Part shown: positions 9,854-20,448 of the stretch, in pieces
Layout: the number at the start of each line of letters is the position of its first letter
Position numbering within the stretch: the first letter of the stretch is position 1
NCBI GenBank assembly: GCA_016699795.1
Contig: CP065011.1
Coordinates: 687,318 to 751,317, forward strand
Direction of reading: 5' to 3'
Length of the DNA: 64,000 nt
Source: Candidatus Moraniibacteriota bacterium
GTDB lineage: Bacteria; Patescibacteriota; Minisyncoccia; Moranbacterales; GCA-2747515
Made by a program: the position numbers and the translations under genes
Notes under the pieces: model-generated
What the model was told of the DNA's origin: nothing
Database searches by the model: none
Seen by the model: only the letters and a program-made list of their open reading frames with translations

Positions 9854-10687
9854 TTAAAAAATCTCGTGTTTATCTTTTGAAATGGTTTTTTCTTTTATTA
9901 ACTTTTTGAGTTGGGGAAGTATGTTTTTTGTTGCTTTTTCCCCGAAAAGAATTTTATCCTGACCATTAACAAATGTATACCATCGATTTTTTTCAAGATT
10001 AATTTCTATGGTGATATCAGCACTTTCTGAATTAAGAAGCGCTAAATGATGCCGAAGAATACGAAGGGAATCATTAGCTATATCGTACCAACCAGGTTTC
10101 CATTGTATATTTAAGTAATGCTTGTCTAAATTGACAGCAATAACAATATCAGCTCCCATACCCCGTACGATTCTCGCTGGTACAGGAGAAGATAATCCTC
10201 CATCAGCAAGAATTTTCCCTTCTTTTTCTGTTGGTTTGAATACAAGAGGAATGGACATACTTGCTTTAATAGCCGATGCCATAGCACCCTTATTAAGAAG
10301 AACACATTCTCCAGTTTTTAAATCAGTAGCTACGGCAGTAAAAGGAATTCGGCATTTTTCTATAGTTTTTTCTTTGAGGGTATCGTTGAGAAAACTTTCA
10401 ACTTTCCCTCCATTAAGAAGTCCATGCCGAAGATTGGGATCGAAAAGTACAGAAAGGAGCTTTCTCCAATTTGTTCCAGAAGCAAGAGATTCTATTTCAG
10501 ACACAGACAATCCTGATGCATAATATCCTCCTATCATAGAGCCAATACTAGACCCTGCTATGCAATGAATAGGAATATTATTTTCTTCTAAAATCTTAAG
10601 AACTCCAATATGGGCTAAACCTCTCGTTCCTCCACTTCCTAATGCGAGGCCGATAATAGGGGATGAGGAGGATGATTTTTCTGGCAT
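9854..10687 (-). CDS. patatin-like phospholipase
   Basis: GSGGTRG oxyanion motif and GSSIG (GxSxG) nucleophile motif, DGG near C-terminus; start set to Met 10687. Confidence 0.8.
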   Translation of the reverse strand: MPEKSSSSSPIIGLALGSGGTRGLAHIGVLKILEENNIPIHCIAGSSIGSMIGGYYASGLSVSEIESLASGTNWRKLLSVLFDPNLRHGLLNGGKVESFLNDTLKEKTIEKCRIPFTAVATDLKTGECVLLNKGAMASAIKASMSIPLVFKPTEKEGKILADGGLSSPVPARIVRGMGADIVIAVNLDKHYLNIQWKPGWYDIANDSLRILRHHLALLNSESADITIEINLEKNRWYTFVNGQDKILFGEKATKNILPQLKKLIKEKTISKDKHEIF

Positions 10688-10903
10688 ATAATTTTTTGTG
10701 AAGAAGTAGAAATATTTTTTGAAAATATATACTGGTGGACTGTTACCAATTTCCATTTTCTATTGCAATTTTCAAATTTTCACTGCAAATTCGATAAAGA
10801 TTTCATTTACGAAAAGAGATTGACAATAGTTCTATACTAACTTTTATCCAAATAGAGTCTTTTGTCAAAATTTTAAGAGTATAGAGAAAGATGAAAAATT
10901 TTT

Positions 10904-10931
10904 TTGAAAAATCGTAAATATTGTGTATACT
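10904..10931 (+). promoter_or_regulatory. sigma70-like promoter TTGAAA-16-TG-TATACT upstream of 10956 gene
   Basis: TTGAAA at 10904-10909, 16-nt spacer ending in TG, TATACT at 10926-10931, 24 nt before ATG. Confidence 0.45.
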
Positions 10932-10955
10932 CTAAGAAAAGACTAAGATGGAAGT

Positions 10956-11504
10956 ATGGTACGAAAACTTTTTATAGGGATACAAATAGATGGAAGAGCA
11001 AATGCTGTAATAGAGAGAAATCTTAAAGAATTTTCTTCTTTTCAAGTTTTTTGGACAGAGGCCCAACAAAGATATATTACATTGCTTTTTTTGGGAAATG
11101 TAGATGATGAATATCTTCCTCATATAAGTGAGGGAATCCTTCGCGCTGTTGAGGGAATGGAGGTGTTTGATATTTTTTTAGAAAAAATTTCATCTGGTCC
11201 GGACAAGAACAATCCTAAATCAATTCGCGCTTGGGGTGAAGAATCTGATGAATTAAGTAAATTACATGATAGATTAGCAAAAGAATTAAATTCATTTGCG
11301 AAAATAGAAAAAAAACGTTTTTGTTCACACGTAACACTGGGACGATTTCGTCGCATAAAAAATAGGAGTGATTTAGGTGAAGAAGATTATTTTTTTGAAA
11401 AAAAAATTCATATTCCCGTTTCTGTTTCTACTGTAACACTTTTTGAAAGTGCGGAAGAAAATGGAAAAAGAGAATATTTCCCAGTAGATGTTTTTGATTT
11501 ATAA
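10956..11504 (+). CDS. 2H phosphoesterase family (ThpR/LigT-like RNA 2',3'-cyclic phosphodiesterase); first HxTx motif reads YITL
   Basis: Two-lobed 2H architecture with SHVTLGRF second motif; first motif position has Tyr instead of His. Confidence 0.5.
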   Translation: MVRKLFIGIQIDGRANAVIERNLKEFSSFQVFWTEAQQRYITLLFLGNVDDEYLPHISEGILRAVEGMEVFDIFLEKISSGPDKNNPKSIRAWGEESDELSKLHDRLAKELNSFAKIEKKRFCSHVTLGRFRRIKNRSDLGEEDYFFEKKIHIPVSVSTVTLFESAEENGKREYFPVDVFDL

Positions 11505-11536
11505 AAAAGAAAAAGTTTCGAAAAAAATAAAAATAT

Positions 11537-14005
11537 ATGGAATTTTTTTTGTGGTATTATCATGATGGATTAAAAAGCTTTTTCCGTGTTTGGAGAAATT
11601 ATCTTGAACACGGATGGGATTTTTTTTCTACGAAGGATCTCTTGAAAACACTCTTTTCTCCATGGAGAAAAGACATAACCCCCAAAACATGGAGAGGTCT
11701 TGCTCCCTTGAGATCAATGCGAAGATTTATAGAAAATATTTTTTCTCGATTTATCGGATTAATTGTTCGATTCTCAGTAATTATATTTACAATTGTTTGG
11801 GAATTTTTTATTTTCTGTATTGGTTCTATTCTACTTTTCATTTGGCTAAGCGCACCCTTTTTGCTTTTAGTTGGTCTTCCTTTGGGATTTCTCTTTGAAA
11901 CTTTTTTCTTACTTTTCTTTGTAACGTTTTTTGTTTTTCTTTTTTCTTTATTTTGTTTTTTTCAATCAAAGAAGGTGTTTTTTTCGAGAATGGATCTTGC
12001 TGACCTATACGAATTCCCAGTATTTTCACGAGTATTGGCGAGAGTGGATATAGATCGTTCTGAAATAAAAAAAGAGGATCTTCTTTCTAAGAAATCAATT
12101 ATTGCTTTTTTGGAAACGAAAAATGTTCGTTGGGAAAATTTTGTAAAAGCTCTTGATTGGGAAACTTCTTTGGCTGATGAAAAATTTCGAAAATCTTTAT
12201 TTTGGACTAAAAGTCAGCTTTTTCGTATTCAACCGATAGGAAGACAATGGAAATTTGGATACACACCTCAACTCGATGATGTGAGTGAAGATGTTATTTT
12301 TTCTTTATCTGGGGAATTTTCTTCTATGCGAGTATGCTCTCATAAGAGAAATCTTGAAGTTTTGACGCTTATTCTTTCAAGATCGGATCAAGATAATGCT
12401 CTTCTTGTAGGAAGATCTGGATCGGGACGAAAAACAATCGTGAATTGGTTTGCTAAATATATACATGAGAGGGTGCTTGAGGGATCTTTTCGAGACGTAA
12501 GAATTCTTCGCCCCAACATGGAACAAATTTTTTCTTTGGGATCTCAGATGGGATCTGTCGCGACTTATATTGAACATCTTTTTGCTCAAGCCGCATTTGC
12601 GGGCAATGTTATTCTTGTTATAGATAATCTTGAAAACTATATTGGTGAAGGTGCTATAAAAAATGGAAATCCTGACATTACTCCCACGTTAGAAAAATTT
12701 CTTCCTCTGGGAAGTTTTCGTCTTATCGCTACTGTTTCTGAAGAGGGTTTTCATTCTTACATAGAAAGAAATAGTTCCATCGTTAAACATATGGAACGTA
12801 TTGATGTGGAAGAAATTTCTGAAGAAACCGCTATAGATATTCTTTTGGACGAGTTTACTCAGCTCGAAGAGAAAGAAATTGTTTTTACGGTAAAAGCCTT
12901 TCGATACATTGTAAGTCAATCAGGAAGATTTAATTCTGGAGTTCCTCTTCCTGAACGAGCATTGGATCTTGCTAAAGAAGTCCTTATTTATAGATCGAAC
13001 CATCCCAAGGGAGGAAGAATTGATTCTCACGCTGTGAATGAATATATTACTCTTAAAACGGGAATACCTATCGGAGCTATATCAGAACAAGAGCGAGAAA
13101 AACTTACTGATTTGGAAGTCCTTATGGCTCAGCGCATAGTAGGACAAAAACATGCGGTTTCGCAGTTGGCGAAATCTCTTCGAAAAGCACGAAGTGGTGT
13201 TGAGGAGTCATTTCGTCCTATAGGATCTTTTCTTTTTCTTGGACCTACTGGAGTAGGAAAAACAGAGATGGCTAAAGTGCTCGCAACTACTTATTTTGGA
13301 GGAGATGCTCGTATGGTACGTTTGGATATGAGTGAGTTTCAATTGCCCTCTTCTTTGGGAGATCTTATTGGTTCGAGAGAAATGGAAATGACAGGAAAAT
13401 TAGCTTCTCTCGTTCGAGATAACCCTTACGGAGTTCTTCTCTTGGATGAATTAGAAAAAGCTGATCGCAGGGTTTTGGATATTTTCTTACAGATTTTGGA
13501 TGAGGGTTTTTTTACGGATGCATTTGGTTCGAAGGTTCGTTTTAATAATCTTATTATTATTGCCACATCTAATGCTGGATCTGTTTTGATAAAAGAATAT
13601 TATGAAAAAAATCCTGATGGAAATGTTGAGGAAATAGAAAAAAAGGTTTTAAGCGCAATGGTGAATGAAGGAACTTTTCGGGTAGAATTTCTCAATCGTT
13701 TTGATGATGTTATTTTCTTTTTTCCGCTTTCTCAAGAAGAGCTTTTGCAGGTTACTGAAATACTTTTAAAGGAATTTGCTCAAAATGTCTGGAAAAATAA
13801 ACATATACGAGTTTCTTTTGACACAGACATTGCTCAACTTATAGTTACTCATGGCTATGAAGCTTCGTTTGGAGCCCGATCTATTCGAAGATATATAACT
13901 GATTCGGTAGAAGCTTTTATTGTAGACGCTATAATTTCTCGGAGTATGAATGAAGGGGAAGAGCTTTTCGTTACGGCTAAAGATTTACAAATTATTTTTT
14001 CATAA
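11537..14005 (+). CDS. ClpA/ClpB-family double AAA+ ATPase with N-terminal transmembrane region
   Basis: D1 Walker A GRSGSGRKT, D2 GPTGVGKTE..DMSEF.., sensor GARSIRRY; N-terminal ~150 aa highly hydrophobic (multiple TM helices), no Clp N-domain. Confidence 0.65.
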   Translation: MEFFLWYYHDGLKSFFRVWRNYLEHGWDFFSTKDLLKTLFSPWRKDITPKTWRGLAPLRSMRRFIENIFSRFIGLIVRFSVIIFTIVWEFFIFCIGSILLFIWLSAPFLLLVGLPLGFLFETFFLLFFVTFFVFLFSLFCFFQSKKVFFSRMDLADLYEFPVFSRVLARVDIDRSEIKKEDLLSKKSIIAFLETKNVRWENFVKALDWETSLADEKFRKSLFWTKSQLFRIQPIGRQWKFGYTPQLDDVSEDVIFSLSGEFSSMRVCSHKRNLEVLTLILSRSDQDNALLVGRSGSGRKTIVNWFAKYIHERVLEGSFRDVRILRPNMEQIFSLGSQMGSVATYIEHLFAQAAFAGNVILVIDNLENYIGEGAIKNGNPDITPTLEKFLPLGSFRLIATVSEEGFHSYIERNSSIVKHMERIDVEEISEETAIDILLDEFTQLEEKEIVFTVKAFRYIVSQSGRFNSGVPLPERALDLAKEVLIYRSNHPKGGRIDSHAVNEYITLKTGIPIGAISEQEREKLTDLEVLMAQRIVGQKHAVSQLAKSLRKARSGVEESFRPIGSFLFLGPTGVGKTEMAKVLATTYFGGDARMVRLDMSEFQLPSSLGDLIGSREMEMTGKLASLVRDNPYGVLLLDELEKADRRVLDIFLQILDEGFFTDAFGSKVRFNNLIIIATSNAGSVLIKEYYEKNPDGNVEEIEKKVLSAMVNEGTFRVEFLNRFDDVIFFFPLSQEELLQVTEILLKEFAQNVWKNKHIRVSFDTDIAQLIVTHGYEASFGARSIRRYITDSVEAFIVDAIISRSMNEGEELFVTAKDLQIIFS

Positions 14006-14022
14006 GAAAAAAAATGGATATT

Positions 14023-14050
14023 TTGAAATTTTTCTAGTAAATGGTAAAAT
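14023..14050 (+). promoter_or_regulatory. sigma70-like promoter TTGAAA-16-TAAAAT upstream of fba-gap
   Basis: TTGAAA 14023-14028, TAAAAT 14045-14050. Confidence 0.4.
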
Positions 14051-14078
14051 GAAGATATAATTTTGGAATAAAAATAGT

Positions 14079-14933
14079 ATGATAGAGAATGTTGCAGATA
14101 TGCTTGTGGAAGCTCGTCGGGAAAGATATGCTGTTGGGGCTTTTAATGTTATGAATTTAGAAACAACACACGCTGTTTTGTTGGCTGCAAAGAAAATAAG
14201 AGTCCCGGTCATTCTTCAGTTTACAGAAAGTACTATGAGGTATATTGGGGGGCGTGCAATTTTTTATACAATTAAAAATCTTAGTGAATGGTATTATCCT
14301 GATGTTCGAGTGGGTATCCATTTGGATCATGGAAAAAATATAAAAGTAATTCAACGATGTTTGGAAATGGGACTTCCCTCCGTTATGTTTGACGGGTCTC
14401 GAAGAGACTATGAAGAGAATATTCGCCTTACTGCTGAAGTTGTTCGTATGGGACATAATCGAGGAGCCTCTGTTCAAGGAGAACTCGGTTCAGTTCCTTA
14501 TTCTAGTGAAATGAAAGATATTGAAATAGATTGGGATAAATATATGACAGATCCTGATCAGGCGAGAGACTTTGTGGCAAGAACGGGAGTAAATACTCTT
14601 GCCGTTGCTATTGGGAATGCTCATGGATTGGCTAGAGAACGAGTAACGCCTGATTATGATCGATTAAGTCGTATCGTTGAAAAAATAAATATTCCTATTG
14701 TTATGCACGGCGCTTCTGATTGGGAAAAAGATCGTGTTCACGAAGTCGTTTCTCGAGGAGTTTCTTGTTTTAATGTGGATACTAACTCTAGAGTAGCTTT
14801 TGCAGGGAGTCTTTCTCGGGCATTTCAAAAAGAAATAAAATTAAATACGGACTTGCGTCAAATCCTTGGAGATGCTCGAGACACCATGCAAGAAGCTGTT
14901 GAGAAAAAAATGCGAATGTTTTCTATGGAATAA
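14079..14933 (+). CDS. fba: class II fructose-bisphosphate aldolase
   Basis: N-terminal FbaA-type motif, GIHLDHG zinc site, characteristic class II FBA length. Confidence 0.85.
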   Translation: MIENVADMLVEARRERYAVGAFNVMNLETTHAVLLAAKKIRVPVILQFTESTMRYIGGRAIFYTIKNLSEWYYPDVRVGIHLDHGKNIKVIQRCLEMGLPSVMFDGSRRDYEENIRLTAEVVRMGHNRGASVQGELGSVPYSSEMKDIEIDWDKYMTDPDQARDFVARTGVNTLAVAIGNAHGLARERVTPDYDRLSRIVEKINIPIVMHGASDWEKDRVHEVVSRGVSCFNVDTNSRVAFAGSLSRAFQKEIKLNTDLRQILGDARDTMQEAVEKKMRMFSME

Positions 14934-14956
14934 ATATAAATAATCTAAAAATAAAT

Positions 14957-15949
14957 ATGAAAAAAATAGCTATAAATGGGTTTGGACGAATTGGTCGAGC
15001 TGCATTTAAAATTGCACTTTCTAAAAATGATATTAAAGTTGTTGCTATAAATGATTTGGCAGATGTCTCGTCTTTGGCACATCTTCTTAAATATGATACG
15101 GCGTACGGAAGATACGAAAGAGAAATTTCAAGCAAAGAAAAAACTCTTGTTGTAAATGGTGTTCAATTTCCGGTTTTTTGTGAATCAGATCCAAAGAATC
15201 TCCCATGGAGAGATCTTGATGTGGATGTTGTTTTGGAGTGTACTGGAAAATTTGTAAAACATGATGATGCAAAAATGCATCTTGATGCTGGAGCAAAAAA
15301 AGTAATTCTTTCAGCTCCTTCTAAAGGAGGCGAAGTCCCAACGGCTATTTTGGGAGTAAGTGATGAGTCGATATTTCAAGAGGGGGATTTTTTTTCTAAT
15401 GCATCTTGCACAACAAATTGCATTACTCCAGTAGTAGAAGTGATAGAAAGAATCTTTGGTATAGAAAAAGCTATGATGACAACTATTCATTCTTATACTG
15501 CTGATCAAAGACTTCAAGATTCTCCTCATGATGATATGAGAAGAGCTCGAGCTGCTGGGGCTAATATTGTTCCCACAACTACGGGTGCGGCTATTGCAAC
15601 AACGGAAGTTATTCCGAGTCTTTCGGGAAAATTTGATGGACTTTCAATGAGAGTTCCTACTATTGTAGTATCTTTGAGTGATATGACATTTGTCTTGAAA
15701 CGAAACACTACAGTTGAAGAAATAAATAATGCTTTAACAGAGGCTTCGAGAGAAAATCGTTATCGGGGAATTTTGGGAGTTACTGACAAACCTTTAGTTT
15801 CATCTGATTTTATAGGAGATTCTCGATCATCAATTGTTGATTTGGCACTTACTAAAGTGGTGGATGGTAATCTTGTGAAGGTGGTTTCTTGGTATGATAA
15901 TGAATGGGGATATTCTCAACGATTGGTTGAAATGGCACAAAAAGTATAG
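14957..15949 (+). CDS. gap: glyceraldehyde-3-phosphate dehydrogenase
   Basis: NGFGRIGR NAD-binding motif, ASCTTNC catalytic Cys region, WYDNEWGYS C-terminus. Confidence 0.95.
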   Translation: MKKIAINGFGRIGRAAFKIALSKNDIKVVAINDLADVSSLAHLLKYDTAYGRYEREISSKEKTLVVNGVQFPVFCESDPKNLPWRDLDVDVVLECTGKFVKHDDAKMHLDAGAKKVILSAPSKGGEVPTAILGVSDESIFQEGDFFSNASCTTNCITPVVEVIERIFGIEKAMMTTIHSYTADQRLQDSPHDDMRRARAAGANIVPTTTGAAIATTEVIPSLSGKFDGLSMRVPTIVVSLSDMTFVLKRNTTVEEINNALTEASRENRYRGILGVTDKPLVSSDFIGDSRSSIVDLALTKVVDGNLVKVVSWYDNEWGYSQRLVEMAQKV

Positions 15950-15999
15950 ATTGAAATTTCTTAGTAATATCCTGATTTAAAATTCTAAATACAGCCATT

Positions 16000-16026
16000 T
16001 TGAAGCAAAAACACTTCAATTTTATT
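16000..16026 (+). terminator. weak hairpin plus T-run after gap
   Basis: TTGAAG-8nt-CTTCAA followed by TTTTATT. Confidence 0.25.
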
Positions 16027-16284
16027 GGTTAAAGTTCTAGAATTTCGGTTTTAAGTTTAAAAAATTTTCTCAAAATATCTGGATATTCTGTTAAACTTTC
16101 ATCGAAATCACAGTAAAAATTTGAAAATCGCACTAGAAAACGGAGAGACCTTTAATATTTCTCAAAATTTTTGTGAATTTATTTCAGAAATTATTTGATT
16201 CATACTTTGAAATAAGAATTTTAAAAAACAATCTCTTGCATAAAGGGTCTTTTTAGGCTTGAATGAATTTTTAAGAATTATTAT

Positions 16285-17550
16285 ATGAATGAAATGAAAA
16301 AAATAGCAGAAATTATGGCGCCGGCTGGAAACTTTGAATCTTTAGAGGTTGCGATCCAGGCAGGGGCTGATAGTGTGTATTTTGGTGTGACACAACTGAA
16401 TATGCGAGCAGGATCTTCTTCGGCAAGTTTTGCTTTGAAGGATATAGAGAAAATCGTAGAACGCTGTAAAAAGGCAAAAGTAAAAACATATATTGCAGTA
16501 AATACACTTCTCTATGATCATGATATGGAAGTTGCTAAAAAAATAATTAATAGCGCCAAGGAATTTGGAGTGGATGCTGTTATTGCTTTTGACTTTGCTG
16601 TGTTGCAATACGCACAAGAAATTTCAATGCCGGCACATATTTCTGTTCAATTTTCTGTATCAAATTATGAAGCGCTTAAATTTTTTGCACCACTTACGAA
16701 TAGAGTAGTTTTGGCTCGTGAACTTACATTAGAGCAAATAAAAGCAATTCACGAAAAAATTCAAGAAGAACAACTTATGGGAAATGAGGGGCGATTGATG
16801 GAAATAGAAGCTTTCGCTCATGGGGCGCTTTGTGTAGCGCAATCGGGAAGATGCTATATGAGCCTTTTTACTGATAATGCTTCTGCTAATCGGGGTGTTT
16901 GTCGACAAAATTGTCGTGCTCAATATAAAGTTACGGATGTGGAAACGGGAAAGGAACTCGTTATTGATAATCACTACGTAATGAGCGCTTCTGATATTTG
17001 TACTATTGATTTTTTGGATAAACTTATTGACGCTGGTGTGAGTGTGCTGAAAATTGAAGGAAGGGGGCGTTCCCCAGAATATGTTTCTATTGTAGTTTCT
17101 ACATATAAAAAAGCTCTTAAAGATATTGAAAAAGGTAACTATACCCAAGAAAAAATAGAGAATTATTATAAAGATTTGAAGAAAGTTTTTAACCGAGGAC
17201 TTTCTCGAGGGAATTATTATCTTGGCCAAGAATTAGGTTCTTATAGCGGAAGCTATGGTTCACAGGCTCAGGAGTCTAAGGAATATATTGGGGAAGTGAC
17301 GAATTATTTTGGAAAAATATATATTGCTGAAATGAGAATGGATTCTGGAACTTTAGCGTGTGACGATGAGATATACGTTATCGGAGAAACTACAGGAATA
17401 CTTCGTATAAAGATTCAAGAATTAAGAATTGATAATGGTGAGAAAAGAAATAGCGTAGAAAAGGGTGGGCTTATAAGCTTTCCTTCAAAAGAAAAGCTTC
17501 GCAGAAAAGATCGTGTTTATAAAATTGTTTTGGCAAATCGTGAAAAATAA
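16285..17550 (+). CDS. peptidase U32 family protein
   Basis: MAPAGN..ADSVYFG.. N-terminal U32 signature and overall length/fold pattern. Confidence 0.8.
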   Translation: MNEMKKIAEIMAPAGNFESLEVAIQAGADSVYFGVTQLNMRAGSSSASFALKDIEKIVERCKKAKVKTYIAVNTLLYDHDMEVAKKIINSAKEFGVDAVIAFDFAVLQYAQEISMPAHISVQFSVSNYEALKFFAPLTNRVVLARELTLEQIKAIHEKIQEEQLMGNEGRLMEIEAFAHGALCVAQSGRCYMSLFTDNASANRGVCRQNCRAQYKVTDVETGKELVIDNHYVMSASDICTIDFLDKLIDAGVSVLKIEGRGRSPEYVSIVVSTYKKALKDIEKGNYTQEKIENYYKDLKKVFNRGLSRGNYYLGQELGSYSGSYGSQAQESKEYIGEVTNYFGKIYIAEMRMDSGTLACDDEIYVIGETTGILRIKIQELRIDNGEKRNSVEKGGLISFPSKEKLRRKDRVYKIVLANREK

Positions 17551-17650
17551 TTTTTTAAAAAAGGGGAGGTAAAAATTTGAAAATTTCATGATAGAAAGAG
17601 TTTGATGAGGATAGTTTCATAAAGGGAAGGTTTAAAAATACAGAGAAAAT

Positions 17651-19510
17651 ATGGATATTCAAAAAATTGAAGAAATTTCACGTAAAATTCGAAATTGGTG
17701 CGTAAAAATGACAACTATTGCGGGTTCAGGACACCTAACATCATCTCTTAGCGCTGTAGAAGCTATGGTGGTTTTGATGTTTTCCAAGAAGCATTTTTTT
17801 CGTTACGAACTAGAAAATCCTGAGCGTATAGATAATGACCGATTAATCTTTTCAAAAGGACATGCTTCGCCATTATTTTATTCACTTTGGGCTATGGCTG
17901 GTGGTGTGAATGTGGAAGATCTCAAAACATTCCGAACATTCGAAAGTGTTCTTGAAGGGCATCCCACAAGAAGATTTCCTTTTACGGAGGTTCCCACTGG
18001 ATCTCTTGGGCAAGGTATTGGTATTGGTGTAGGAGAAGCACTTTATGTAAAAAAATTTTTTAAGGAAAATCAGAATATTCCTCGTGTGTTTGTTCTCTTG
18101 GGGGATAGTGAATTGACTGAAGGTTCAGTTTGGGAATCAGCGATGATAGCTTCTCATTACAAACTTGATAATCTCGTGGCTATTGTGGATGTGAATCGTC
18201 TTGGTCAACGTGGAGAAACTGTAGATGGCTGGAATCTTAGTGTGATAGGAAAAAAATTTGAAGCATTTGGTTGGAATGTTGTAAATGTGGAAGATGGACA
18301 TTCTCCAGAACAAATTGAGAATGCTTACGAACTTGCAAGAGAAAAGAAAAAACCATGTGCAATACTTATGAAAACTTTGAAAGGAAAGGGAATTTCTTTT
18401 CTAGAAAATAAAAATAATTGGCATGGAAAAGCGCTTAATGATGATGAAGCAAAGCGGGCTTTGGAAGAAATTGATGATAGGAAAGAGGACTTTTTTTTGA
18501 AACTTCCGAAACCTGAAGAATATGAAAAGAGAGAGATTCTTGTTGATCTTTCAGAATATCAACAAGAAACTTTTACTAAAGGCTTACGAATGGCCCCTCG
18601 GAGAGTGTGTGGAAAGACTCTTGCTCGTATGGGGAAATATGATGAGCGGATCGTGGTTCTTGATGCAGAGGTGAGTAACTCTACTTCAAGCGAAGATTTT
18701 GGAAAGATATACCCAGAGAGATTTCTAGAAATGTTTATTGCTGAACAAAATATGGTTTCGGTCGCAACTGGCATGGCAAGACGTGGGGCGATACCTTTCA
18801 TTTTTACATTCGGAGCTTTTTTTTCTCGAGCATTCGATCAGATTCGTATGGCTGGCTATAGTGATGTCTCGATGATTTTCATTGGATCGCATGTAGGTGT
18901 TTCTATCGGTGAAGATGGTGTTTCGCAAATGGCTTTAGAGGATATGGCTATGTTTTCAACTATTGAAAATGTTCATATTTTTTCTCCTTCAGATGCTGTT
19001 TCTATGGAAAAATGTTTATATCTCGGAAAAGATTTAAAGGGGTTAACATATATTCGTTCTACGCGAGCTGAGCTCCCTGTTCTCTATCAAGAGAATGAAA
19101 TATTTTCCTTGGGCGGATCTAAAACACTTCAAGAAAGTAAGCAAGATGTTGTTACGGTTATTGTTTGTGGAATAACTGTACACGAAGCACTTCGTGCGTA
19201 TGAGATATTAAAAAAAGAGAATATCTTTATTCGTATTGTAGATGCTTATAGCATCCGGCCTTTAGATAAAGAGATGATTCTTCGAAATGGAGAAGAAACG
19301 AGTGCTATCATCACTGTAGAAGATCATAGAGGGCATGGAGGGCTTGCGGATGCTGTGAAAGAGATATTATGTGAAATTGAAGGAATGTCTGTAAGATTTC
19401 GATCCCTTGCTGTTCGTAAAAGGCCTCAAAGTGGAAAACCAGAACAACTTCTTCATTGGGAAGAAATTGACGCAGAGGCAATTGTAAAAACAGTAAAAGA
19501 TCTTTTATAG
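17651..19510 (+). CDS. tkt: transketolase (single-chain)
   Basis: GSGHLTSS..GHASP thiamine-PP binding N-domain, central pyrimidine-binding and C-terminal domains all present. Confidence 0.85.
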   Translation: MDIQKIEEISRKIRNWCVKMTTIAGSGHLTSSLSAVEAMVVLMFSKKHFFRYELENPERIDNDRLIFSKGHASPLFYSLWAMAGGVNVEDLKTFRTFESVLEGHPTRRFPFTEVPTGSLGQGIGIGVGEALYVKKFFKENQNIPRVFVLLGDSELTEGSVWESAMIASHYKLDNLVAIVDVNRLGQRGETVDGWNLSVIGKKFEAFGWNVVNVEDGHSPEQIENAYELAREKKKPCAILMKTLKGKGISFLENKNNWHGKALNDDEAKRALEEIDDRKEDFFLKLPKPEEYEKREILVDLSEYQQETFTKGLRMAPRRVCGKTLARMGKYDERIVVLDAEVSNSTSSEDFGKIYPERFLEMFIAEQNMVSVATGMARRGAIPFIFTFGAFFSRAFDQIRMAGYSDVSMIFIGSHVGVSIGEDGVSQMALEDMAMFSTIENVHIFSPSDAVSMEKCLYLGKDLKGLTYIRSTRAELPVLYQENEIFSLGGSKTLQESKQDVVTVIVCGITVHEALRAYEILKKENIFIRIVDAYSIRPLDKEMILRNGEETSAIITVEDHRGHGGLADAVKEILCEIEGMSVRFRSLAVRKRPQSGKPEQLLHWEEIDAEAIVKTVKDLL

Positions 19511-19575
19511 CGAAGGATTGCTTTGCGAATAGCTATAAATTTATAAAACAAAAAGATATAGACGGGACATACTTT

Positions 19576-20193
19576 ATGAAGATACATGATATAACACAAA
19601 TGCTTTCTCCTAAGATGTCGATTTATCCTGGAAACCCTCCGGTAGAGTTTGAAATATTTGAAGGAGAAACCTCGACTCATACTAAGGTATCTTTTGGAAC
19701 ACATACGGGAACGCATATTGATGCACCTAAACATGTTTTCAAAGATGGTCTTGGTGTAGATAAAATTCCTTTGGAAGCTCTTTATGGTGTGTGCCGAGTT
19801 CTGGATCTTTGTCAGGTAAAGGAATCTATAAAAAAATCTGATTTAGAACTTTACAATATACAAAAAGGAGAACGAATTTTGGTTCGTACAAAAAATAGCA
19901 CCCTTGATTCTTCATATTTTTATCCTGAATATATCTATTTAGATGGAGATGCTGCTGATTGGCTTGCAAAAAAAGAAATAGCACTTTTTGGTATTGATTA
20001 TCTTTCGGTTAAAAAGCGTGGAGGAGCTGATCATCGACCACATACAGCACTTCTTGAAAAAGGTATTATTATTTTTGAGGGATTATGTCTTCAGGATATA
20101 AAAGAGGGAACGTATGTATTTATAGGGCTTCCTCTTAAATTTGAAGGACTTGATGGAGCTCCTGCTCGAGTTATTCTGATAGAGGAAGAATAA
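19576..20193 (+). CDS. cyclase-family protein (kynurenine formamidase-like)
   Basis: HTGTHIDAPKH motif of PF04199 cyclase family. Confidence 0.75.
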   Translation: MKIHDITQMLSPKMSIYPGNPPVEFEIFEGETSTHTKVSFGTHTGTHIDAPKHVFKDGLGVDKIPLEALYGVCRVLDLCQVKESIKKSDLELYNIQKGERILVRTKNSTLDSSYFYPEYIYLDGDAADWLAKKEIALFGIDYLSVKKRGGADHRPHTALLEKGIIIFEGLCLQDIKEGTYVFIGLPLKFEGLDGAPARVILIEEE

Positions 20194-20448
20194 AAATTTT
20201 CTTGTATGAGATTAAGAAACTTTTTTAGTCTCTCTAAAATAAAAACTTTCTATTTTAGGTTTATGAAAATCGTACAAGAATTTATAGAACTGTGTCATAA
20301 ATGAGACAGGAATGTTTTTAAGTCATTTTGTTTTAACTCTAAGGCAAATCGAGGTAATGATACAATCTATTGTAAGAATATTTCACGTATGCTACATTAA
20401 AAATAGCTTTTTTAATAAAAAAATAAAATAAATACATAAATAATATAT

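Noticed and set aside
15950-16284. Possible ncRNA in the 335-bp AT-rich gap between gap and the U32 peptidase gene
   Set aside because: No conserved structured motif (SRP, RNase P, 6S, riboswitch) is recognisable by eye. It looks like promoter/terminator DNA.
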